NCBI GenBank assembly: GCA_942493375.1
Contig: OW818698.1
Coordinates: 1,190,309-1,254,308 of the forward strand
Origin: Abditibacteriota bacterium
Lineage (GTDB): Bacteria; Armatimonadota; UBA5829
Direction: 5' to 3'
Length of the DNA: 64,000 nucleotides
The notes beneath the pieces were generated by a model. That model ran no database searches, was not told the DNA's origin, and saw nothing but the letters and a program-made list of their open reading frames with translations. The position numbers and the translations under genes were made by a program. Positions 28,482 to 36,541 of this stretch are shown here, in pieces; the first letter of the stretch is position 1; each line of letters opens with the position of its first letter.

Positions 28482-29204
28482 ATGGATAATTATACGAAGC
28501 CAAAATTTAATCCACTGATGATCGTCGCAGTTATTATGGGCATCGCTGGTTGTTGTACTTTTATTGCGTTGTTGGGAAATGGCATGGATCTTCGGATCCT
28601 CATGTCATCGTCCTATATGCTCATGTTTTTACCAGGTCTGTTGCTGGGGATTGTGGCGCTTGTGCAGAATGCTCGCAGCAACGGACGGCTGGGCGGAATT
28701 GATCCACTTGGATTTATATTTTTATGGATTGTCCAGGTGGTCATGCTTTCATTTCTAATTCCTGTGTTTTCCATAAATCGGGGATCACGAATCGACTCTT
28801 GTATAAACCACTTGAAACAAATCAGCAATGCAACATTAATGTATGCTGATGACTATGATGATAAGTTACCTCCAGCAGTAAAATGGAGTGAATTGCTGTA
28901 TCCCTATACTAAGTCAAAAAGGGTATTTCGCTGCCCTGAAGCACCGGTTCCAAAACTGAATTCGTATGCTTTGAACTCCAAAGTTGCAGGGTTAAAATTG
29001 ACGTATATAAAGAGTCCTGATGAAGTAGTCATATGGTTTGATTCCAATCCTGGAAGCAACCTTGCAGGAGGCCCGGAACTCCTCCCACCCCTACCCCGGC
29101 ATACGAACGGTGACAACATCTGTTTTGCTGATGGACATGTGAAATGGTGGCGGAGGGCAGGTAGTGTGATGTTGAAATGGGATCCGAGTGTGGACAAACA
29201 ATGA
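28482..29204 (+). CDS. polytopic membrane protein with C-terminal H-X9-DG (DUF1559-like) domain
   Basis: AAGGA RBS 7 nt before the ATG at 28482. Three predicted TM helices are followed by CINHLKQISNATLMYADDYDDKLPP .. RHTNGDNICFADGHVKWW. This parallels the domain of the 63227 protein but lacks the prepilin N-terminus. Confidence 0.75.
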   Translation: MDNYTKPKFNPLMIVAVIMGIAGCCTFIALLGNGMDLRILMSSSYMLMFLPGLLLGIVALVQNARSNGRLGGIDPLGFIFLWIVQVVMLSFLIPVFSINRGSRIDSCINHLKQISNATLMYADDYDDKLPPAVKWSELLYPYTKSKRVFRCPEAPVPKLNSYALNSKVAGLKLTYIKSPDEVVIWFDSNPGSNLAGGPELLPPLPRHTNGDNICFADGHVKWWRRAGSVMLKWDPSVDKQ

Positions 29205-29291
29205 GACATGATAGCAAAATTCTGTCTGATGCGTATAACCCGGATTGGTAGACGCGTCGAATTACACTGAATTATCGCGAATGCATATTAT

Positions 29292-29313
29292 CTCAATTAT
29301 GGTATAATTTGAG
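29292..29313 (+). promoter_or_regulatory. palindrome overlapping an extended -10 (TGGTATAAT) upstream of the toxin-antitoxin pair
   Basis: CTCAATTAT-GGT-ATAATTTGAG, with TATAAT at 29303-29308 and a GAGGA RBS at 29316-29320. This is the typical layout of an autoregulated TA operator. Confidence 0.55.
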
Positions 29314-29326
29314 TGAGGACAACTGA

Positions 29327-29704
29327 ATGCCGAATACTCACGTAGTATTTTATAAAGAAGTGGATGGAACAGTACCCGTTCTTGATTGGCTGCTTACAGA
29401 TGTGTTGCGCAAAGATAAAAAGCTATTTGCCTGGTGTTATGATGCAATCGAATTGCTGAGCACAAAAGGTTTGGAACTCAGGCGACCGTCTGCGGATTAT
29501 CTTCGTGATGACATCTACGAGTTGCGTATAAAGTACTACAGAGAGAATTACCGTATTCTATACTTTTTCCATGAATGAAATATAGCGGTCCTGGCACACA
29601 GTCTGGCGAAGGAATCGAATATACCGGACAAAGATATTGATCTCGCAATAAACCGCAAGAAAAAATTCAAGGAAGAACCAGAGGCACATATCTATGAAGA
29701 ATAA
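29327..29704 (+). pseudogene. HigB/Gp49-like (RelE/ParE superfamily) toxin gene interrupted by an in-frame TGA at 29576-29578
   Basis: The ORF stops after ..YRILYFFHE. The same frame continues as NIAVLAHSLAKESNIPDKDIDLAINRKKKF..YEE to TAA at 29702-29704. That is the expected C-terminal half, and it overlaps the antitoxin ATG by 11 nt. Confidence 0.7.
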
Positions 29705-29996
29705 AACAAGCGATGCAGTAACTATTCTTAAACGCCGTATAGATGCTGATCCTGAATTGATAGCAATGGTCCAGGAATCTCGAGCGCACAGACAAATAGC
29801 AGAATTGATACATGATTTACGCGAATCCGAAGGTCTTTCACAGTCAGATTTAGCCAAACGAATCGGTACATCCCAGTCTACAATAGCAAGGCTGGAAGAC
29901 TGCGACTACACAGGGCATACTCTGACCATGCTTACTAGAATTCTGACAGCGCTCGGAAGAGACCTGGAAATAAGAGCCCCCAGAAAAACAGCCTGA
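29694..29996 (+). CDS. XRE-family HTH antitoxin (HigA-like)
   Basis: 100 aa with the HTH motif SQSDLAKRIGTSQSTIARLE, immediately downstream of the toxin frame. Confidence 0.85.
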   Translation: MKNKTSDAVTILKRRIDADPELIAMVQESRAHRQIAELIHDLRESEGLSQSDLAKRIGTSQSTIARLEDCDYTGHTLTMLTRILTALGRDLEIRAPRKTA

Positions 29997-30030
29997 TTAT
30001 AATAATCCAGCCTGGTAGGAAGGGATGTTT

Positions 30031-30061
30031 ATCCGCAGATTTCGCAGATTTTCGCAGATTA
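30031..30061. repeat. family-C short repeat
   Basis: ATCCGCAGATTTCGCAGATTTTCGCAGATTA, nearly identical to 46123-46153. Confidence 0.85.
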
Positions 30062-30078
30062 GATGATACAGAGGATAG

Positions 30079-30273
30079 GTAATCGTTCTATGCCTTTCAC
30101 GGACTGCTTATGGCCCCCGTATACCCGACATTGGATACATCAGCAGACTGGACTACGAAAAATATCACAAGGAATTCCTGGCATTAGGATGCAGGTGGGA
30201 TACAGAGAAGCAAATGTACGTGCGAAAGAATGGGACTGTACCGTCTGATCCGGTTGACTACTCTAGAAAATAG
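30079..30273 (+). pseudogene. possible start-less gene fragment with DUF5710-like motif
   Basis: 64-codon open frame without an ATG, GTG or TTG start. The segment LDYEKYHKEFLALGCRWDTEKQMYVRKNG resembles the (E)K..AK.LGARWD...K.WYV motif of DUF5710 domains. Assignment is from memory. Confidence 0.25.
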
Positions 30274-30462
30274 CAGATTTGAGTTCGGGTGCAATTGCAA
30301 ATGGCTCCCTAAATGCGTGTATTTTCGAAGATTTTTTACTCACATGTATCTAATATTATTGACTCCGGCATTGCTTTCGGAATCATTCGTCATTAATGAA
30401 TTGCATATTCAATGCATATCCTCAGACTCACTGCAGTATTCAACAACAGAAAGGTATAGACA

Positions 30463-33400
30463 ATGAAAATTTCGGGCTGGTTATTTGCTTTATTACTTTC
30501 GATGGTTTTGGCTGGGCAGAGTGCTGCGGGGGTGCGGAAGGAAGTATCTATTTGGGTTACCGGGGATGCTGCTCCCGGTACTAAGGCCATATTTGTTGTT
30601 AACACTACTAATGTTGCTTCCGTGCATGTAAGTGCACACAGGATCAAGGATATCACGAAAGTTCCCAGTGGTGATTATGACATAATCGAGCGTTATGTCG
30701 AAAGGAAGCCGGTGAAGGAATGGGATATAAAGTTTGGACCTGGTCACATATCTTATGGATCTTCACAGCGAGATATCTACCGGCACAAACAGACTGACTT
30801 GTCGGCTTTGTCTCCCGGCATGTATGTTCTGACTGCAAAAGGTGGATATGAAGTTGCAAGGGCCCTGGTGAACATTACCAATCTGTCGGTGGTGGTCAAG
30901 AGGTCGCAGAAACAGACGCTGGTTTGGGTGACTGATGCTACAAAGCATAATGTAGTAAGTGGAGCGCGGGTTGCTCTTATGTTTGCGAACTCATATTCAA
31001 AAAAGAATGCTAAAGGTAAAGAGGTAAATTACTACACTTCACGCACACTTACTACCGGCATAACCGGTCCTGATGGGATATGTATCATAAAAAACCCTAA
31101 GGCCAAATGCAATGTAATCCTGGTGTCTCGAGGCAGTGACCAGGCACTGGCCGGGTGTGATGATGTTGAGGGAGATGGCGAACTGGTTGGGCACATGCAG
31201 ACCGACAGGCCTGTCTATCGTCCTGGTCAGACAGTTAATTATAAAGCAATTCTCAGACTTACAAAGGGCCGGGGGTATACTCCGGTCTCAGATACGATGT
31301 GCAGAGTTATCTTGAAAGACCGCAATGATATAGCCATCGATGAATCATCTATCAAGACCAATGCATTAGGCACCTTTGCAGGTAGTTTCGAAATACCATC
31401 GGAAGCAGCGACCGGTGATTATTCGATCCTGATAAAAGTCGGTAAAAAGGAAGATTCACACAGTTTCACCGTTGCTGCATATCGGAAACCTGAATATAAA
31501 GTAACAGTCACCCCTGCCCAGAAGCGATATTTGAGCGGTCAGAATGTGGTATTCAAGGTCAATGCCGCATACTACTTCGGCGCAAATGTGCAGCAAGCCT
31601 CGGTGAGTTACCAGGTCCGGCAGAGTAAGGTTAGTGAATGGGAGGATCCCGAATCTATTGAATGGCTGGCTGATAATTACAAGAGCACCTATCCGGACGA
31701 CAATATGAAGATTGTATCCCAGGATCAGGTATCTACCGATGATTCCGGCAACGCCTCTATATCGGTAAAGACTTCGCCTGGAGCTCCTGACTCAGTCTAC
31801 TATATTACCTGCAATGTTACGGACTCCTCCAATCGGGAAGTTGTTGAGAAATCCAAAGTTACAGTTTATTCTGCAGGGTTAAAAGTCGGTGTGGTGGCAG
31901 GTAAAGACTTAGTTATGATCGGGAGCAATATACCGATCCAACTGAAGGTGACTGACCTTGATGGTAGACCTGCAGCCTCAAATATCACCCTGTCTACGAA
32001 TAGTCTTGTCTGGGATAAGAAAGCTAAAGCTTACAAGACGAAACAGTTCTCCAGCACGACTGTTGCAGTTTCCAGTAAAGGCACTGCTGCAGCTATTGTG
32101 CCTGCAAAGACCGAGGGGGAGCTTGTTATTACGGCAATTGCTAAGGATAAAGACGGACGCAAGACTAAGGCGTCTGCTTCGGTCTGGGTAGCGGGTATTG
32201 ACGCAAAGAAAATCGACACCCGGAAACCACCGAAGGTTATAGTCAGGTTGAATAAAGCATCATACAAACCGGGAGAGATTATACAGGCATTCGGCACGAC
32301 CACCTTTGCTGACAGACCACTGCTTGTCACTGCCGAAGGCCTCGATGTCTTTAAATATGTGGTCATTCCAGCAGGCAAACGGACATTTAAGTGGAGCATT
32401 CCTGCTTCGCTGGATATGACTCCAAACGCATTTGTTCAGGCTACCCAGTGGTCCAGCCGCAAGACTATTTCGGACACAGCAAAGGTGAAGATCACTGATC
32501 CATCGCGCAAACTACAGGTTAAAATCGAACCCAATCAGCAGATATACAGACCTGGCGCAAAGGCAGAGTATGTAATACACACTCTCGACGAACACGGAAA
32601 ACCTGTTCAGGCAGAGGTTTCTCTTGTTGCAGTGGATGAATCGATCTACGCAATACAGTCCGACAAAACTCCAGACCTTTACAATACTTACTGGGGTTTG
32701 AAGCCAAACAGAGTCAACACCAGCATATTCTCGGTATCTGATATGGGCAACAGACCTTTTATAACCGGGGGAGTAAGAGTCTTTGCATTTTCACCTGGGA
32801 GAAGATATAGCATCCACCCCATGATGGGAATGCCGGTTTTTCATGTGAACGGGGCAACAGGTAAAGATTGGCAGCCATCTCCGGATGCTTACGGATCTGT
32901 CGCATTTCTCTCGGATTATGACCTGACAATAAAAAGCAAAATAGGGATTGCACCTGTCCGTCAGACTTTTGCAGATACTGCTTTCTGGAGTGCTCAACTG
33001 ACTACGGACAAGACCGGCGCTTCAAAGGTCAGTTTTGACCTGCCGGACAACCTGACAAAGTGGAGAGTAGTTGCAAGAGCGGTGACTTCGGATACCAGAG
33101 TCGGCACCGGTTCCACTACAACCCAGGTTACACGGCCAGTGACGTTTAGACTATCTACACCAAGACAGTTTGTAAAGGGAGATAGTCTTATCTTGACGGG
33201 AACTATCAACAACCGGACAAATGAAGAGCACCAGTTTATAGTATCGATATCAGCTGTCGGTCTAACTATTGATGGAGAAGCTGAACAGAAGATTACTATA
33301 ACTGCGAACAGGGAGGGAACTGTTCAGTGGACCGTCAAAGCTGATTCACTCCCCGAAAATGGAAAAGCAGTCATCAATGGACAGGCATATGCATCTGATG

Positions 33401-34938
33401 TTAAGGATACACGGGAGTTTTCGGATGCTCTGCAGGCGGAGGTTGGGGTTGTTCCGGATGGAGTGCAAAACACTGTACTTGCCGGGGGTGCAGTCGGACA
33501 GAAAGTCACGATTCCCCTGGTGCTGCCTCAGGACAGGATAGAACCAGCGACTACGGTATCCATCAACATACATGCAGGCCTGGCTCAGATCATAGAGGAC
33601 CTGGTTTCATCCGTAAACGATGATGGCATGTATTCACCTACAGGACCATCCGACATTCTGCTGGCTTTGTCTGTATCGAATAGACTAAATACAAAGAGAG
33701 ATATCAGAGAAGCTCTGAGTGCAATATACGCCAGGCATTATGGCGGTGGTGGATCCGAGTACTGGGATACCACATCCGACCCGGGACTCACAGCTGTAGT
33801 ATTGACTTCAATGCAGCGTGCGAAAGAGCGTGGCATTCAGGTAAACGCTGAAGTCCTTCATAATAATCGACAACAGATCAAACAATGGCTCAAAGAAGAG
33901 AACTTGTGGGAGCGTATGGCTTTGCTGGCTTCAGTTGGAGCTCCATATAGCAAATCCTCAGAATCCTACTACCTGACAAAGATCCATGCGAAAGGGATGT
34001 ATTTATCTTCATTTGCACAGTTGACTCTGGCGGAAGCATATTTCAAGCAGCATAAGGAAGACTGGGCAAGGGAGACAGCTGCAAAGGTGTTGGAGAGTGC
34101 AGTGATTGGTCCGGATACAGCCTATATCCCAGCCGGAGAACGTCCCGGATGGTCTGCAAGCACGGTTGAGACCACTGCCCAGGCTCTGGTCCTTTTGGCA
34201 AAACTCCCATTCCGGGAGGAACTACTGCCCAAACTGGCGCAATGGCTGGCGGAGGAAAGTCAGACAGCCTATTTGTCCGGACACGAAAAGGCATTGGCAG
34301 CCTATGCACTGCGGTGTTATATAGACAAGCACCCCCAGCCTGCTAACTTAGGGACACCGACTGTTGCAGTCAATGGAGTCAGCCTTGGGGTAGTTCCAGT
34401 TAAAGGAAAGTCCGCCACTATAACAGTTCCCACAGGAATGCTCAAAGACAGCGGGAACACCATTGTAATAGAACGGGATGGCCTGGGGGAGGTCTTCTAC
34501 TCTGTTAAGGCACGGGTATTCGTTCCGGTGAGTGCAGAATCACGCGACGGCATGCGGGTCTTGCGCAAGTATGAAGTTCAAAACTCTTCCGGGTTATGGG
34601 AAGAGATGAAAGGCAGCATCCACACATCCGACCATGTAAGGTGCACAGTAGTTGTGTGGCCAAACGACCGTCCGGATGTCATTCGGGTTACTGAGCCAAT
34701 ACCATCGGGTTTCGAATATGTCGAGTCTGGCTACAGCGGATACAGCACCTACGAAGACATCCGCGATGGGGCAGTTATACATTATATGACCGCAGACAAA
34801 GACCCTGTGTTCTTCAGATACTACCTGCGTCCTGAATCCGAAGGAGTATTCCAAGCCCTCCCAGCCTCAGCCGAAGCAATCCGCAGACCAGCAGTAAAAG
34901 GCAACTCGGAAGCGACTTTATTTACGGTGAAGGGATAG
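30463..34938 (+). CDS. alpha-2-macroglobulin family protein lacking the thioester motif
   Basis: Signal peptide. MG-domain motif DRPVYRPGQTVNYKAILR and A2M motif FADTAFWSAQLTTDKTGASKVSFDLPDNLTKWRVVARAV. No CxEQ is present: the equivalent region reads NDDGMYSPTGPSD. Confidence 0.9.
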   Translation: MKISGWLFALLLSMVLAGQSAAGVRKEVSIWVTGDAAPGTKAIFVVNTTNVASVHVSAHRIKDITKVPSGDYDIIERYVERKPVKEWDIKFGPGHISYGSSQRDIYRHKQTDLSALSPGMYVLTAKGGYEVARALVNITNLSVVVKRSQKQTLVWVTDATKHNVVSGARVALMFANSYSKKNAKGKEVNYYTSRTLTTGITGPDGICIIKNPKAKCNVILVSRGSDQALAGCDDVEGDGELVGHMQTDRPVYRPGQTVNYKAILRLTKGRGYTPVSDTMCRVILKDRNDIAIDESSIKTNALGTFAGSFEIPSEAATGDYSILIKVGKKEDSHSFTVAAYRKPEYKVTVTPAQKRYLSGQNVVFKVNAAYYFGANVQQASVSYQVRQSKVSEWEDPESIEWLADNYKSTYPDDNMKIVSQDQVSTDDSGNASISVKTSPGAPDSVYYITCNVTDSSNREVVEKSKVTVYSAGLKVGVVAGKDLVMIGSNIPIQLKVTDLDGRPAASNITLSTNSLVWDKKAKAYKTKQFSSTTVAVSSKGTAAAIVPAKTEGELVITAIAKDKDGRKTKASASVWVAGIDAKKIDTRKPPKVIVRLNKASYKPGEIIQAFGTTTFADRPLLVTAEGLDVFKYVVIPAGKRTFKWSIPASLDMTPNAFVQATQWSSRKTISDTAKVKITDPSRKLQVKIEPNQQIYRPGAKAEYVIHTLDEHGKPVQAEVSLVAVDESIYAIQSDKTPDLYNTYWGLKPNRVNTSIFSVSDMGNRPFITGGVRVFAFSPGRRYSIHPMMGMPVFHVNGATGKDWQPSPDAYGSVAFLSDYDLTIKSKIGIAPVRQTFADTAFWSAQLTTDKTGASKVSFDLPDNLTKWRVVARAVTSDTRVGTGSTTTQVTRPVTFRLSTPRQFVKGDSLILTGTINNRTNEEHQFIVSISAVGLTIDGEAEQKITITANREGTVQWTVKADSLPENGKAVINGQAYASDVKDTREFSDALQAEVGVVPDGVQNTVLAGGAVGQKVTIPLVLPQDRIEPATTVSINIHAGLAQIIEDLVSSVNDDGMYSPTGPSDILLALSVSNRLNTKRDIREALSAIYARHYGGGGSEYWDTTSDPGLTAVVLTSMQRAKERGIQVNAEVLHNNRQQIKQWLKEENLWERMALLASVGAPYSKSSESYYLTKIHAKGMYLSSFAQLTLAEAYFKQHKEDWARETAAKVLESAVIGPDTAYIPAGERPGWSASTVETTAQALVLLAKLPFREELLPKLAQWLAEESQTAYLSGHEKALAAYALRCYIDKHPQPANLGTPTVAVNGVSLGVVPVKGKSATITVPTGMLKDSGNTIVIERDGLGEVFYSVKARVFVPVSAESRDGMRVLRKYEVQNSSGLWEEMKGSIHTSDHVRCTVVVWPNDRPDVIRVTEPIPSGFEYVESGYSGYSTYEDIRDGAVIHYMTADKDPVFFRYYLRPESEGVFQALPASAEAIRRPAVKGNSEATLFTVKG

Positions 34939-34981
34939 GCTTTAGCTTTAGGCTTTAGGCTTTAGGCTTTAGGCTTTAGGG
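34937..34981. repeat. tandem heptamer array (AGGCTTT, about 6 units)
   Basis: It starts inside the TAG stop codon of the A2M gene. One unit is shortened to AGCTTT. Confidence 0.9.
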
Positions 34982-34989
34982 AAAGCTAA

Positions 34990-35053
34990 CATGGATGTAC
35001 AGGATGGACAGGATATTACTATCATTATTATCCTGTCTGTCCTGTTCATCCAT
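34990..35053. terminator. long imperfect hairpin between convergent genes
   Basis: CATGGATGTACAGGATGGACAGGATA .. TATCCTGTCTGTCCTGTTCATCCATG. The arms are themselves built of short tandem words (CAGGATG/GACAGGAT). Confidence 0.5.
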
Positions 35054-35084
35054 GTGGATAATTCATGACACATGTCTACAAAGA

Positions 35085-36488
35085 TTAGCGGACCACTATT
35101 TTTAGACTGGATTTAACGATACCGCCGAAAGGGCCTATGTCTATACTGGCATCGATTATGTAACTGCCTGGCTTTAAGTTTGGAGGTACTCGTACGGTTG
35201 AATACATCTCATACTGTGTGAAGGTGCTCTTTCCTTGCATAATAACTTTTCCATTTAAGTCCTTTACAGCAACTACAGGTAAGATATCTTTGGAATAGGT
35301 TGAATACCGCTCTACAAGGTCCAGGTTGTAGCCTTTGTCCGTACGGATGTATAGAAATATTTCCTGTTGCTTGCCTCTTACAAGTTCCACCGGTTTGATG
35401 AATATCAGTGGCTGCCCACCAGGCGTAATATTCACTGTCTCTCCCTGGTTCACACTGAACGGTCTTGTATCGGAAGCATATAGATACCATCTAGTGTTCT
35501 TCTTCGAATCATATGACTCGCTTTGCATGGTAAACCCTTTGTAAACACCTGCCGGCACGACCATTGGAGAACCGTCTTCATTATTTGTGAATGGCAATGT
35601 GCTGCCGGTAATCTCTATTCGGAAGTCTTTGAACTCCTTCCCCCTCAGTGACCAGGGGGAAATGATAACACTTCCTGTCGGACCGATGTATGGTTGAACT
35701 TCCAGACTCTCCCCGGTAGGATCGGCTTTCAAACTATACAATTTATTATCAATACTCTCCGCTGAGCCAAAATAGAAGCTGTCCTTGAAGACCTCCACAA
35801 TGTCACCCATATGTTCATCAGGATTCCAGAAGAAATAGATCATGTCATTTGTGCAATCATTGCTCCGTTGGCTTCCGTATCTATCATCGCCATCGCAATC
35901 CACCAGAGCGAACTTCACCTTTCCTTTATTGGTATTGACCTCACCCTCCCAGAATCCCTGCAGGTGTACCCAGCCAACTTCTCCTTTACCAAGAGTCATA
36001 AACTCTAAAGCGATGAGATTGGGATTTCGCGTATTCGGAAAGAGGAGCTTCACCGGCACCGTCACATCTGCCTCGTACACTGAACCAGCAGCGGAGCAGT
36101 CAACTTTGTATGCATCTGAGAAGTCATTGTCACGATTGGCGTCCAGGTAAAGTATGTCGTAATCCTTGCCTGTCCCTCTCGACTCATCCATCACAAACGG
36201 TAATGATCCTGTATCACCGCTGCCTATTGTCCCATAACAAGGATTTCGGGACGAAAAACCAGGCAGATTCTTCAATTCAGATGGGAGTTGTTTGTAAACT
36301 CTCAACGCAAGCGAACCAAATGCAACACGCAGTTCCTGAGCTCTCTCCGGTATCTTCCACACGGTCTTATATATGCCGGGTGTTAAAACAAGGCCTTTTG
36401 GAGTCGTCTGGTAATTATCCGACGCAACCACAACGACTGATACGAGAAGCATAAATAATACAAAGACTATGCAAATGATTTTCTTCAT
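35085..36488 (-). CDS. secreted hypothetical protein (beta-rich)
   Basis: The start was moved to the ATG at 36488, giving the signal or anchor MKKIICIVFVLFMLLVSVVVVAS. No family recognised. It lies downstream of 36542-38224 on the same strand. Confidence 0.75.
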   Translation of the reverse strand: MKKIICIVFVLFMLLVSVVVVASDNYQTTPKGLVLTPGIYKTVWKIPERAQELRVAFGSLALRVYKQLPSELKNLPGFSSRNPCYGTIGSGDTGSLPFVMDESRGTGKDYDILYLDANRDNDFSDAYKVDCSAAGSVYEADVTVPVKLLFPNTRNPNLIALEFMTLGKGEVGWVHLQGFWEGEVNTNKGKVKFALVDCDGDDRYGSQRSNDCTNDMIYFFWNPDEHMGDIVEVFKDSFYFGSAESIDNKLYSLKADPTGESLEVQPYIGPTGSVIISPWSLRGKEFKDFRIEITGSTLPFTNNEDGSPMVVPAGVYKGFTMQSESYDSKKNTRWYLYASDTRPFSVNQGETVNITPGGQPLIFIKPVELVRGKQQEIFLYIRTDKGYNLDLVERYSTYSKDILPVVAVKDLNGKVIMQGKSTFTQYEMYSTVRVPPNLKPGSYIIDASIDIGPFGGIVKSSLKIVVR

Positions 36489-36541
36489 AATATGGCCCTT
36501 TCGGATGTAGATACTAAAAGCAGACATATTCCGCCGTGGAT

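Noticed and set aside
29576-29578. Genome-wide TGA reassignment (Gly/Trp) or selenocysteine as an explanation for the in-frame TGA in the toxin gene
   Set aside because: Several well-supported genes end at TGA followed by spacers or the next RBS (for example 6330-9620, 19224-19577 and 50717-52237). No other gene in the window needs TGA read-through. No SECIS-like hairpin is obvious after the codon. A nonsense mutation is the simpler reading.
28440-30025. Integron attC sites as the identity of the recurring junction motif
   Set aside because: There is no integrase or attI in the window. The motif is only about 30 nt and lacks the paired imperfect inverted core sites of attC. Its variation pattern looks codon-like rather than structure-like.
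30283-30305. A fourth family-E hairpin upstream of the A2M gene
   Set aside because: Only the left half (TTCGGGTGCAATTGCAAATGG) is recognisable and no complementary right arm follows. It is at best a decayed remnant and is not listed as a feature.
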